Positions 47,401 through 54,675 of a stretch of 64,000 nucleotides of DNA are shown piece after piece. Position 1 is the first letter of the stretch; each line of letters starts with the position of its first letter. This DNA is from Patescibacteria group bacterium (GTDB lineage Bacteria > Patescibacteriota > Minisyncoccia > UBA6257 > GWB1-50-10): the NCBI GenBank assembly GCA_024239035.1, contig JANBVK010000001.1, positions 171,010-235,009 on the forward strand, read 5' to 3'. Made by a program: the position numbers and the translations under genes. A model generated the notes under the pieces. The model was not told the origin of the DNA and did no database searches. It worked only from the letters and a program-made list of their open reading frames with translations.

Positions 47401-47598
47401 AGGCGAATCAAATTTATAATCCAAAAAATGAAGTTCTAATTCATTACCAGTATGATCTTTGATGGGAGATGTCTCACTAAAAAGTTCCTTCAAACCCTTT
47501 TCGCGGAACCATTTGAAAGAATTGAGCTGAACCTCAATAAGGTTGGGGCCCTTAAAAGCATGGCCTTTGTAAAATGAAAAAACTTTGGTTTTAAGCAT
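44431..47598 (-). CDS. rpoB: RNA polymerase beta subunit
   Basis: FMDQVNPLAEL.HKRRLSA, GDKLTGRHGNKG and GGQRFGEMEVWA motifs. ATG 47598 preferred as start. Confidence 0.98.
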   Translation of the reverse strand: MLKTKVFSFYKGHAFKGPNLIEVQLNSFKWFREKGLKELFSETSPIKDHTGNELELHFLDYKFDSPKYTENQAKEKDQTYEAALRVNLKLVDKVAKQVRTQEVYLGDFPIMTERGTFIINGVERVVISQLIRSAGVYFTASVFKGKKLFGAKVIPSRGSWIELETDASGLISVKIDRKRKAPVTQLLRIFGLETNEAIIRTFKGVDTGEVEHIKATLDKDETKTVDESFVEIYKRLRPGDLATADNARSLIEPMFQRFDRYDLGAVGRFKFNQRLGLKKKKGGVLDLGDIVAMVKEIIRLNNDKYAEADDIDHLGNRRIRAVGELVQARLRVGFARMRRGVQDRMSTLDRKNFQPAQLVNYKVLTAVVRDLFTSSQLSQFMDQVNPLAELEHKRRLSAMGPGGLTRERAGFEVRDVHPSYYGRVCPIQTPEGANIGLVNYLANYARVNELGFLEAPYFKVEKGRVTNKIVWFDAVEEQRYNIGQADIKTDEKNLIIKKRIPSRIKGKPGNCSRDELDFIDVSPDQFISVSTSLIPFLEHNDANRALMGSNMQRQSVPSILPQAPLVGTGQEEKAARDSKQVVISDIEGVVSLVDGESIVIKADSKEKIFPISKFKRSNQSTCLSQKPVVSVGDRVKKGTLLADGPATEGGLLALGQNLLVAFMPWHGGNFEDAIILSERVQKDDLFTSIHIETSVCSVRDTKLGPELTTPDIPNVAEEKLRNLDEEGIVRIGAEVRSNDILVGKISPKGESELNSEERLLRAIFGEKARDVKDTSLTLPHGKQGRIIGIKIFSRDKGDKLEPGIIKKIQIEVAQIRKIMAGDKLTGRHGNKGVISQIRPVEDMPYLEDGTPVDVILNPLGVISRMNLGQILETHLGFAAKRLGFRAVVPNFVGASEDDIKQELVNAGLPPSGKITLYDGLTGKAFNRPVTVGYIYIMKLSHLVEDKIHMRSTGPYSLITQQPLGGKAQLGGQRFGEMEVWALEGYGAAHTLQEMLTIKSDDIIGRSAAFESIIRGQDIKKPNIPASFNVLVSELKSLGLSVDYGREDDIKAEKLE

Positions 47599-47606
47599 AT
47601 AATGGC

Positions 47607-47671
47607 TAACCATGACAATACAGAGCAACAACGACCACTAGCAGCTTTTTAAGCTGTTATTGTTATGGTTA
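47607..47671. repeat. Inverted repeat between mltG and rpoB
   Basis: taaccatgacaata ... tattgttatggtta (13/14), with inner cagc/gctg. Confidence 0.6.
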
Positions 47672-47685
47672 TTATTATTGTAAAA

Positions 47686-48747
47686 CTAGAGGTATCTCAC
47701 CCGATTGCGATTATGCTCTTCCAGTGTTCTGGAAAATATTGTTTCTTTTGTTTCTTTTGCTGAAAGGTAATATAGGTAAGGACTTGCTTGAGAATTAAGA
47801 GCGGCGGAGATCGCGGACTGACCAGGATTTGCAATAGGCGTCGGTGTCCATCCTAGTCGCTGATAGGTATTGTAAGGGGAAGAAAGAGTCAAATCTTTCC
47901 TGGTCACTACCGCTTGGGAACACTCCTTAAGTTCACCACCGCATCTAAAGTAACTAACTGTCGCATCTACCTGTAATGGTATGCCGAGACGCAAACGCTT
48001 AAGTAAAATACCAGCCACCACCTGCCGGTCATTAAAATCAGGAACTTCTCTCTCTAAAAATGATGCAAGAATGAGAAAGTCATACCAATTCTTTTCTGTC
48101 TGAAGAAGTGACCAGGCTTTGATTTTAAAGTTATCAAGAAAACGCTCCACAACCCTATCTATTCCAGAATCAACTTCAAATCGATAAGTATCGGGAAAAA
48201 TAAAACCCTCTAAAGAAGTAACTTGGGCAAGAAATGGATAATTATCTGCAAGTTCATCAAAAGAATAATTAATTAAAGCGCCCTTTTCAATTACCCCTGC
48301 CGCTCTTAAAATACCATCAATGTCTTTAAAGGTTGTTCCCTCGGGTATAGTGACAGTAACCTCATTCTTACCTCTCGTTGTTAGTAGATTGACAACCTGA
48401 GGCACGCTCATGGTCTCTCTAAGCTCGTGAATTCCGGGTTGGAATTTCTGGGCTTTGCCAGTTAGTAATGAATATAATTTAAACACAGTAATAGATTTTA
48501 TAAGTGACTGACTAGAAAGACGAGCGCTAATTTCTTTAAGACCTTCCCCTTTGGAAATTTTGAAAATAGTCGGCTCTATATTTTGGGCTGCACCGTCCAC
48601 AACCTCCTCCGATACGTTTGGCTGCAAACCATAAAAAAAATAGGCAGTCATCAGTATCAAAAATAAAACCGCTCCCAAACTTATCAGAAGACGTAAATCT
48701 AATAAGCCTCTTTGTTTAGTATGAGGATTCAAGCTTAATTTTCTCAA
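47686..48747 (-). CDS. mltG: Endolytic transglycosylase MltG (start uncertain)
   Basis: VTIPEG, LEGFIFPDTY, ASFLERE, LQVDAT, SPYNTY and PTPIANPG motifs. Confidence 0.92.
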   Translation of the reverse strand: MRKLSLNPHTKQRGLLDLRLLISLGAVLFLILMTAYFFYGLQPNVSEEVVDGAAQNIEPTIFKISKGEGLKEISARLSSQSLIKSITVFKLYSLLTGKAQKFQPGIHELRETMSVPQVVNLLTTRGKNEVTVTIPEGTTFKDIDGILRAAGVIEKGALINYSFDELADNYPFLAQVTSLEGFIFPDTYRFEVDSGIDRVVERFLDNFKIKAWSLLQTEKNWYDFLILASFLEREVPDFNDRQVVAGILLKRLRLGIPLQVDATVSYFRCGGELKECSQAVVTRKDLTLSSPYNTYQRLGWTPTPIANPGQSAISAALNSQASPYLYYLSAKETKETIFSRTLEEHNRNRVRYL

Positions 48748-49789
48748 TTATACTTATAAGGACTGAAATCGTCAATATGCTCGACCCGCCATAGCTCAAA
48801 AAAGGAAAGTTAATCCCGGTTACGGGCAAAAACCCCAGATTTGAGCCAATATTAACAAAAAAGTGTATAACCAATATTAACCCAACGCCTAAAACAATGA
48901 ATTTCGAATCATTATTTCTGGCTTTTATGCCAATACCCACCATTCTAAAAATAATTAAAAGAAACGTCAAGACAACGAAAATTCCCCCAAATAAACCCCA
49001 CTCTTCAATAAAGGCCGCGAATAAAAAATCGGTCTGAGCTTCCGGTAAAAAATTAAGTTGAGTCTGAGTCCCCTCGCCAAATCCCTTACCCCAAAAACCG
49101 GCTGACCCTATAGCAATCTTAGATTGAATAACATTATAATTGACACCCAACGGATCCGACTCTGGAAAAATAAAACCTGTAAGGCGATCTTTTTGGTAAG
49201 GTTTAAGAAAAAACATCCAAAGCAGGGTTACCACAAGAACGGCAACAACAAGACCTAAGACTAACCTTTTTTTGTTAATACCGCTTATAAGTAAAAAACC
49301 GATCCAAATACCTAAAATTACCAGAGCCGAACCAAAATCGGGTTGTATAGCAACAAGAACGACTGGGATAAGAGTATAGAATAAAGAAAGAGCAATGTTC
49401 TTCCCTAACCACGCCGCGATGTACCGGCGCGAAAAAAAACCCGCCAAAACTATAATGAGCGCTAGTTTCGCGAGCTCCGCAGGTTCAAATTGGAGACCCC
49501 CAAATTGAAGCCAGCTTTTTACTCCGCGAACCGTCCCTGTCTGTAGATTAGATAAAACGAGAAGCAAAACACTAAACCAATATAGACCATAGCGAAACCG
49601 TGGCTGACTAATTAATCTTCTCCAATCTAGACGGCTGGCTCCCAAAATAATAATAAAACCCAAAATATACCAGACCAATTGCCGCCAGAAAAAACCTATA
49701 CTGGAACTTGCAAGAGAAACGAGGCTTGCAACCGCAAGCACTAAAAGACCAACAAATAAGACCCAATCAAAATTACGTAACGTACCCAT
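48716..49789 (-). CDS. rodA: SEDS peptidoglycan glycosyltransferase RodA/FtsW
   Basis: QFEPAELAK, QPDFGS, YNVIQSKIAIGSAG, LPEAQTDF and PFLSYGGS motifs. Confidence 0.9.
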   Translation of the reverse strand: MGTLRNFDWVLFVGLLVLAVASLVSLASSSIGFFWRQLVWYILGFIIILGASRLDWRRLISQPRFRYGLYWFSVLLLVLSNLQTGTVRGVKSWLQFGGLQFEPAELAKLALIIVLAGFFSRRYIAAWLGKNIALSLFYTLIPVVLVAIQPDFGSALVILGIWIGFLLISGINKKRLVLGLVVAVLVVTLLWMFFLKPYQKDRLTGFIFPESDPLGVNYNVIQSKIAIGSAGFWGKGFGEGTQTQLNFLPEAQTDFLFAAFIEEWGLFGGIFVVLTFLLIIFRMVGIGIKARNNDSKFIVLGVGLILVIHFFVNIGSNLGFLPVTGINFPFLSYGGSSILTISVLISIIEKIKLESSY

Positions 49790-49793
49790 TATT

Positions 49794-49952
49794 TGTAAGA
49801 AATCCTAGCATCGTTTACAATTTTTCGTTATACAAGCCGAAGTAAGTAGTTCCGATTCGCGAGGGTAAGACCGGGCTAGCGCCCTCGGAGCGCACGAGCG
49901 AGTGGAACTATTTGCTGAGGTGAAAGTGTAAACAACGCTCTATATTCTTACA
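49794..49952. repeat. About 160-bp nested imperfect inverted repeat (MITE-like or structured RNA)
   Basis: Arm pairs tgtaagaa/ttcttaca, agcatcgtttaca/tgtaaacaacgct, agtaagtagttcc/ggaactatttgct and gagggt/gccctc. Confidence 0.7.
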
Positions 49953-49954
49953 CA

Positions 49955-50722
49955 TTATTGAACGTTAAAAAACACCTTTGTTGCCTCCTCGTCAATCTGC
50001 TCACTAAAACGAGTGTCCGCTGGGAAAAAAATATTAAACGGGGCCTCTTCAAACCCACCAATTCTTGCAATAACCGTCTGCGATGCAAAGAGTTCTGCCC
50101 CGTGAACATTGTCCAAAATAACTGCCACAACGTTCACGGTTGGAGCAATAACCGGTGATCTGTTTCTCATTATCCCCGCCACTCGCACCTTCCCATCTTC
50201 CTCCACTACTGTGTCCACTTCCGATATAATAAGCGAAGGATATGGCATCTCCGAAGCAACCACCCAGTCGGGCTTACTAAAAACAAGTTCTACGTGCGAA
50301 ATGTCAGGAGTTTTCACGACAACATTCGGCTCATACATATACGTTCTCTCTGAAGGATACAAATGTTCTTCTCCTACAATAGTCTCAATAAGCGCGCCGC
50401 CCCGATTATAAAGACGAAATCGGTAATCAACTATTGCGCCGTAGGTAGAGTTAGGATTCACAATCTCAGCCAAAAGAACAGTTTGTCCTGAGGATAGACC
50501 GAACACCCGCACCGGCCCCGTTACCTTGGGCGCTTTAAGGTTTAGCTCCTCACACGATATACAAGGACCATCACAGTCTATCCCCTTCTCATCCTGGTTA
50601 ATCTTATTATCAAAACAACTGGGACTTGGTTTAAACGCCGACGAATAAATACTGAGTAAAATCAATGCAAAAATTGCCAGATAAAAAATGCCATAGACGA
50701 ATTGTTTAAGAGAACGAGACAT
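49955..50722 (-). CDS. Hypothetical membrane-anchored protein with a Cys motif (SCFD..NQDE.GIDC.GPC..C)
   Basis: N-terminal TM helix followed by a beta-rich extracellular region. Confidence 0.75.
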   Translation of the reverse strand: MSRSLKQFVYGIFYLAIFALILLSIYSSAFKPSPSCFDNKINQDEKGIDCDGPCISCEELNLKAPKVTGPVRVFGLSSGQTVLLAEIVNPNSTYGAIVDYRFRLYNRGGALIETIVGEEHLYPSERTYMYEPNVVVKTPDISHVELVFSKPDWVVASEMPYPSLIISEVDTVVEEDGKVRVAGIMRNRSPVIAPTVNVVAVILDNVHGAELFASQTVIARIGGFEEAPFNIFFPADTRFSEQIDEEATKVFFNVQ

Positions 50723-50727
50723 GATGC

Positions 50728-51495
50728 CTAGAACTTACTCGCTATTCGTACTATCTTCCTAAACTCCAGTTGCTTCAAACTCGCTCCTCCAACGAGCGCG
50801 CCGCCTATCTCATCGTGCTTTAAAAACCCCTCAGCGTTTTTTGCATCCACCGATCCTCCATATAATATCCCAGCTTCCGGCTTAACCCTGGCTTTTAGCA
50901 CTCTTTTTATAAATTGGATCATTCTGACGGCATCTTCTGGCGTATCGCTTTTTCCCCCACTGACCGAAGAAATTGCCCAAATGGGTTCATAAGTAACAAT
51001 TAACCGATTAGTGTTTAGTAGGTAACTCTTAATTCCATACAGATTCTTCGATAATTGCTGTTTAACAAACCGCTTCGCAGCGGCGAGACCTCTTCTCCGA
51101 ACCGCTGGAGGTTCGCCAACGCATAAAATTACTTTTAAGCCTGCAGTGAGAACTGCAATCACCTTTTTATTTACTTGGTTTTCTGTTTCACCGAGCGCAC
51201 GGCGTTCAGAGTGACCAACTATAACGTATTTCACCCCAAGCGATTTCAGCTGTGAGGAGGACACTTCTCCTGTATACGCTCCTCCGCCGGCTGACGGATT
51301 CTCCCAAAAAACGTCTTGAGCGCCAAGCTTAGCTTTTTTCATTACCTGATTCAAAGGCGATAAAAATGGGAATGGCGGTGCTATCACCACTTCCACACCG
51401 CGAGGAATTTCCCCATCAATTTGTCTCGCAAGACGCTCCGCTTCTTTCTCGCTGGCTGGATTCATCTTCCAGTTTGCAATAATTATCTTTTTCAC
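50728..51495 (-). CDS. tpiA: Triosephosphate isomerase
   Basis: ANWKMN, GAYTGEVS, GHSERR, YEPIWAI, LYGGSV and GALVGGASL motifs; GTG start. Confidence 0.96.
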   Translation of the reverse strand: MKKIIIANWKMNPASEKEAERLARQIDGEIPRGVEVVIAPPFPFLSPLNQVMKKAKLGAQDVFWENPSAGGGAYTGEVSSSQLKSLGVKYVIVGHSERRALGETENQVNKKVIAVLTAGLKVILCVGEPPAVRRRGLAAAKRFVKQQLSKNLYGIKSYLLNTNRLIVTYEPIWAISSVSGGKSDTPEDAVRMIQFIKRVLKARVKPEAGILYGGSVDAKNAEGFLKHDEIGGALVGGASLKQLEFRKIVRIASKF

Positions 51496-51600
51496 CCCGT
51501 TAGAAAATTAAAACCAGTGTCTTTCCGACCCAAAAGACGCTTTGTTCTTGTATGAAGCCCTGAATTAGAATAAACATTTTTGTTAATTTTCTAACGGGGT
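51494..51600. mobile_element. 107-bp MITE-like element with 18-bp perfect terminal inverted repeats and a 2-bp flanking duplication
   Basis: accccgttagaaaattaa ... ttaattttctaacggggt, flanked by tc on both sides. Confidence 0.75.
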
Positions 51601-52065
51601 TCATAAAAAGAGTAGTGTCGTCTCAGATAATGATAAAACAACTAAACCGGAAATGATAATCCCGAATGCTATTATAAATGTCGCTCGTCTCGGGGGTACT
51701 CCGAAGACGAATGCGGCCACCGTCCCGCTCCACGCACCGGTAAAAGGCAGCGGTATGGCAACAAAAAGTAAAAGCGCCAACTCTTTCCAAACCTCAAAGC
51801 GTTTTTCATGCCTCGCCCGCGTTCGCTCAAAGAGCCACGCGAAGAAACGGTTAAGAAAGTACAACCGGTGAATAAGCTTCTCATAGAGAAAATTCCAGAA
51901 AAAAAGTAGTGGAATAACCGGTAAAAAGTTCCCCACCACGCCCAAAACGTACGCCTCAAATGAAGGAATGCCAAAAGCAAAAATAGCCACCGGTATCGCC
52001 CCTCTTAACTCCAACACCGGCGAAGCAGCTATAAGAATAGTGAGTATTTCTTTAGAAAAAAACAT
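51601..52065 (-). CDS. Small multidrug-export-like membrane protein (COG2426 type)
   Basis: PVLELRGAIP, GN..P and FVAIPLPFTGAWSG motifs. Confidence 0.85.
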   Translation of the reverse strand: MFFSKEILTILIAASPVLELRGAIPVAIFAFGIPSFEAYVLGVVGNFLPVIPLLFFWNFLYEKLIHRLYFLNRFFAWLFERTRARHEKRFEVWKELALLLFVAIPLPFTGAWSGTVAAFVFGVPPRRATFIIAFGIIISGLVVLSLSETTLLFL

Positions 52066-52082
52066 AAATGTAATGTCTTAAA

Positions 52083-52191
52083 CTCTACTTTCTTTTGTTG
52101 CTGAGTATCTCGGAGTGAGGCTACAAATTACCGAAGCGAGTGAGGATAATTTGTCCGAACGAAGAGCACGAAACAACAAAAGAAAGTAGAG
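52083..52191. repeat. 109-bp element with 18-bp perfect terminal inverted repeats (MITE-like)
   Basis: ctctactttcttttgttg ... caacaaaagaaagtagag, with inner acaaatta/taatttgt. Confidence 0.72.
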
Positions 52192-52196
52192 ATAAC

Positions 52197-53192
52197 TCAC
52201 TTCTTTACCCGTAAAAGCTGTGCTGCTTCGTCCGGGTCAACTACGTTAATATCAATGCCAGTCCCCAATTCAAAACCAGCCGCAATACTTATCTTGGGTA
52301 AAATCTCAATGTGCCAATGGTAATGTTTATATCTTTTCTTGTTTAGAATAGGACTCGTATGAATGAAAAAATTATAATCAGGATCACTCAAATTCTTCTC
52401 CAGCGTTAAAAGCGATTTCTGGAGCGCTTCTACCACCCACTTTAATTCTGAACGAGAAACATCTTCAAAAAATGGCTGATGTCTCTTTGGAAAAATTCTT
52501 AGCTCAAAGGGTGCGCGCGAAACAAAAGGAGCAAATGCAATGCTTCCTCGATTTTCATAGATAACTCTGGATCGCCCTTTCTGTTCCCATTTAATCATCT
52601 CACAGTGAACGCATTTCTTATGTTTTTTAGAATAATTAAATGAACCATGAATAGAATGTTCCACGTCCGGCGGGATAATCGGAAGTGCAATCATCTGGTA
52701 GTGGGGATGATAAATTGAAGCCCCCGCGCTCGGTCCCCAATTATGAAACATGGAAATATAAGCTATACAAGCGTCATCACCAAGCATTAAATAACGCTCC
52801 TTAAAAACTTCAAAAACCTGATTAGCACGCTCGGTACTAAGATGGGGAAAATTCCTATTGTGGTCGCGTGTAACTACTAAATCCTGATGGCCAATATCCC
52901 CGACCATTGAATAGGGCCCCTTTTTAAAGATCTCTGCGCAGACTTCCTGATGAATTAAAATAGGATATTTATTCTCAAAAACCTGTACCTGCCAATCACT
53001 TCCATTTTTCTTAATAATAAAAGGTTCTCCATGGCCGGTTTTCTGGGGATTTTCAAAAGGACACCCTTTTAAAGGTGCTTTTCTCCTTTTTGCTTTTTTT
53101 TTAATGATATCGTGAGGACGTTTGCGGCGACCCGGGGCAATAACAATCCAATCACCGGAAACGGGGTCTTGCCGTAATTGTGAACGCCTCAT
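52197..53192 (-). CDS. galT: Galactose-1-phosphate uridylyltransferase family protein
   Basis: LRQDPVSGDWIVIA..R..RP, CPFE, NKYP, GASIYHPHYQ, YHWHIE and AGFELGTG motifs. Confidence 0.88.
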   Translation of the reverse strand: MRRSQLRQDPVSGDWIVIAPGRRKRPHDIIKKKAKRRKAPLKGCPFENPQKTGHGEPFIIKKNGSDWQVQVFENKYPILIHQEVCAEIFKKGPYSMVGDIGHQDLVVTRDHNRNFPHLSTERANQVFEVFKERYLMLGDDACIAYISMFHNWGPSAGASIYHPHYQMIALPIIPPDVEHSIHGSFNYSKKHKKCVHCEMIKWEQKGRSRVIYENRGSIAFAPFVSRAPFELRIFPKRHQPFFEDVSRSELKWVVEALQKSLLTLEKNLSDPDYNFFIHTSPILNKKRYKHYHWHIEILPKISIAAGFELGTGIDINVVDPDEAAQLLRVKK

Positions 53193-53920
53193 GATTTAAT
53201 ATTGTACTTTCCTCCCCATAACCACCACCGTACTCTCACCACATCCCAAAGCGTTGAAATATAACCTTTTATGCCTACGTGCGAGTACGGATCGTTAACC
53301 CACGTTACGGGAATTTCTTTAATCTTATAACCTAACTTTTTAGCCAGAGCGAGAGCTTCAACATCAAACCCCCAACGGTCAATTTTAACCAAGTTAAAAA
53401 TCTTTTTCGCAGACTCTTCAGAAAAAGACTTAAAACCGCATTGAGTATCCCAGATACCGGGTAAAACAAGCGCTTGAATAAACAAATTGCCGAGATTACC
53501 CAACAGTACTTTGTACCATGGCTGCGGCGGTACTAATTTAGCTCCTTTTATGTCCCGAGAACAAATCACCACGTCATAACCTTTTTCAAAATAAGGAATC
53601 ATTTTATTGAAATGATCAACAGACGTTGAATTATCTGCATCCGTAAACAGCCGCCAACTCCCTTTAGATTCAAGCATTCCCTGACGAACCACCCAACCCT
53701 TACCATGATTTTCTTTATTATCAATCACCCTCAAGTTTTTCATCAAATTACTAAATTTCTTCACAACTTCCACTGTGGAATCCTTAGAACCATCACTCAC
53801 CACAATAACCTCCGAAGAATACTCGGCTTTAGAAAGATGACGATTAACATCAACAAGCGTCGGGATTATCCGCTTGGCTTCATTATAGGCAGGGATAATG
53901 ACAGAAAGAAAAGGTTTCAT
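53189..53920 (-). CDS. GT2 glycosyltransferase (polyprenyl-phosphate glycosyltransferase, ALG5/GtrB-like)
   Basis: LSVIIPAYNE, DGSKD, N.GKG, FTDAD, DTQCGFK and WGFDVE motifs. Confidence 0.88.
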   Translation of the reverse strand: MKPFLSVIIPAYNEAKRIIPTLVDVNRHLSKAEYSSEVIVVSDGSKDSTVEVVKKFSNLMKNLRVIDNKENHGKGWVVRQGMLESKGSWRLFTDADNSTSVDHFNKMIPYFEKGYDVVICSRDIKGAKLVPPQPWYKVLLGNLGNLFIQALVLPGIWDTQCGFKSFSEESAKKIFNLVKIDRWGFDVEALALAKKLGYKIKEIPVTWVNDPYSHVGIKGYISTLWDVVRVRWWLWGGKYNIKS

Positions 53921-53926
53921 ATATTA

Positions 53927-54059
53927 AAATTCCAAATCACAAGTCCCAAATTATAAACAATATCAAAATTCCAAATTCAAAATTCAAGACACGTTTTGGT
54001 CATTTGAATTTCGGTCATTGGTACTTATTTGTGATTTGGTGCTTGGTGCTTGGGATTTA
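53927..54059. repeat. Pair of inverted degenerate heptamer arrays
   Basis: aaattcc-aaatcac-aagtccc-aaattat... on +, and aaatccc-aagcacc-aagcacc-aaatcac... on -. Confidence 0.7.
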
Positions 54060-54646
54060 AATACAATGTACCTGTATGCCAAAAAGTTCCATAAAAGAGA
54101 GATGACGGTAGCAATGAGTGCTCCAATATTAACCCATAGTCTTGGATCTACCTCAAAAACAGGTCCTAAGACGGTAACTATAAAAGAAGCGATACTCACG
54201 TTAATTAAAAGACCTATGATTGTAAAGAAAATAAACCGGCTGAATTCCTTCAATTTAACAGGTATTTTACTCTGGAACGTCCAGAATTTATTCCAAAAAT
54301 AGCTGTTGACCGTAGCCGCCAAAAAAGAAATGGCTTTGAAAACGCTAAAATAAATCCCGGCGTAAACACCTGTCAGTAATATCAAAAAGTTCAGTACTCC
54401 TAAATCAATCACTGTGTTCAACGCTCCCACTGCCGCGAATTTCCCAAATTGATAGAGCACCGCCCAAAAACGGCTTAAAAATTTGAGAATCAAAAGTGCG
54501 ATCGGAGCTAATACGGTAAAGCCGACAACTGAGATGAGAGCCAATTTAGGAGTAACTACAAGACCTAAATTTTTAGCCGGTAAGAGCACCAACAAACCAA
54601 ACAAAAACCCAATAAGTGATACAAGATATAAATCTTTTTTGGTCAT
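53984..54646 (-). CDS. GtrA-family membrane protein (lipid-linked sugar flippase-like)
   Basis: QFGKFAAVGALNTVIDLG, NSYFWNKFWTF and WNFLAYRYIVF motifs. Confidence 0.88.
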   Translation of the reverse strand: MTKKDLYLVSLIGFLFGLLVLLPAKNLGLVVTPKLALISVVGFTVLAPIALLILKFLSRFWAVLYQFGKFAAVGALNTVIDLGVLNFLILLTGVYAGIYFSVFKAISFLAATVNSYFWNKFWTFQSKIPVKLKEFSRFIFFTIIGLLINVSIASFIVTVLGPVFEVDPRLWVNIGALIATVISLLWNFLAYRYIVFKSQAPSTKSQISTNDRNSNDQNVS

Positions 54647-54675
54647 TTATAATTAATAATACGAGCTACTATCTG

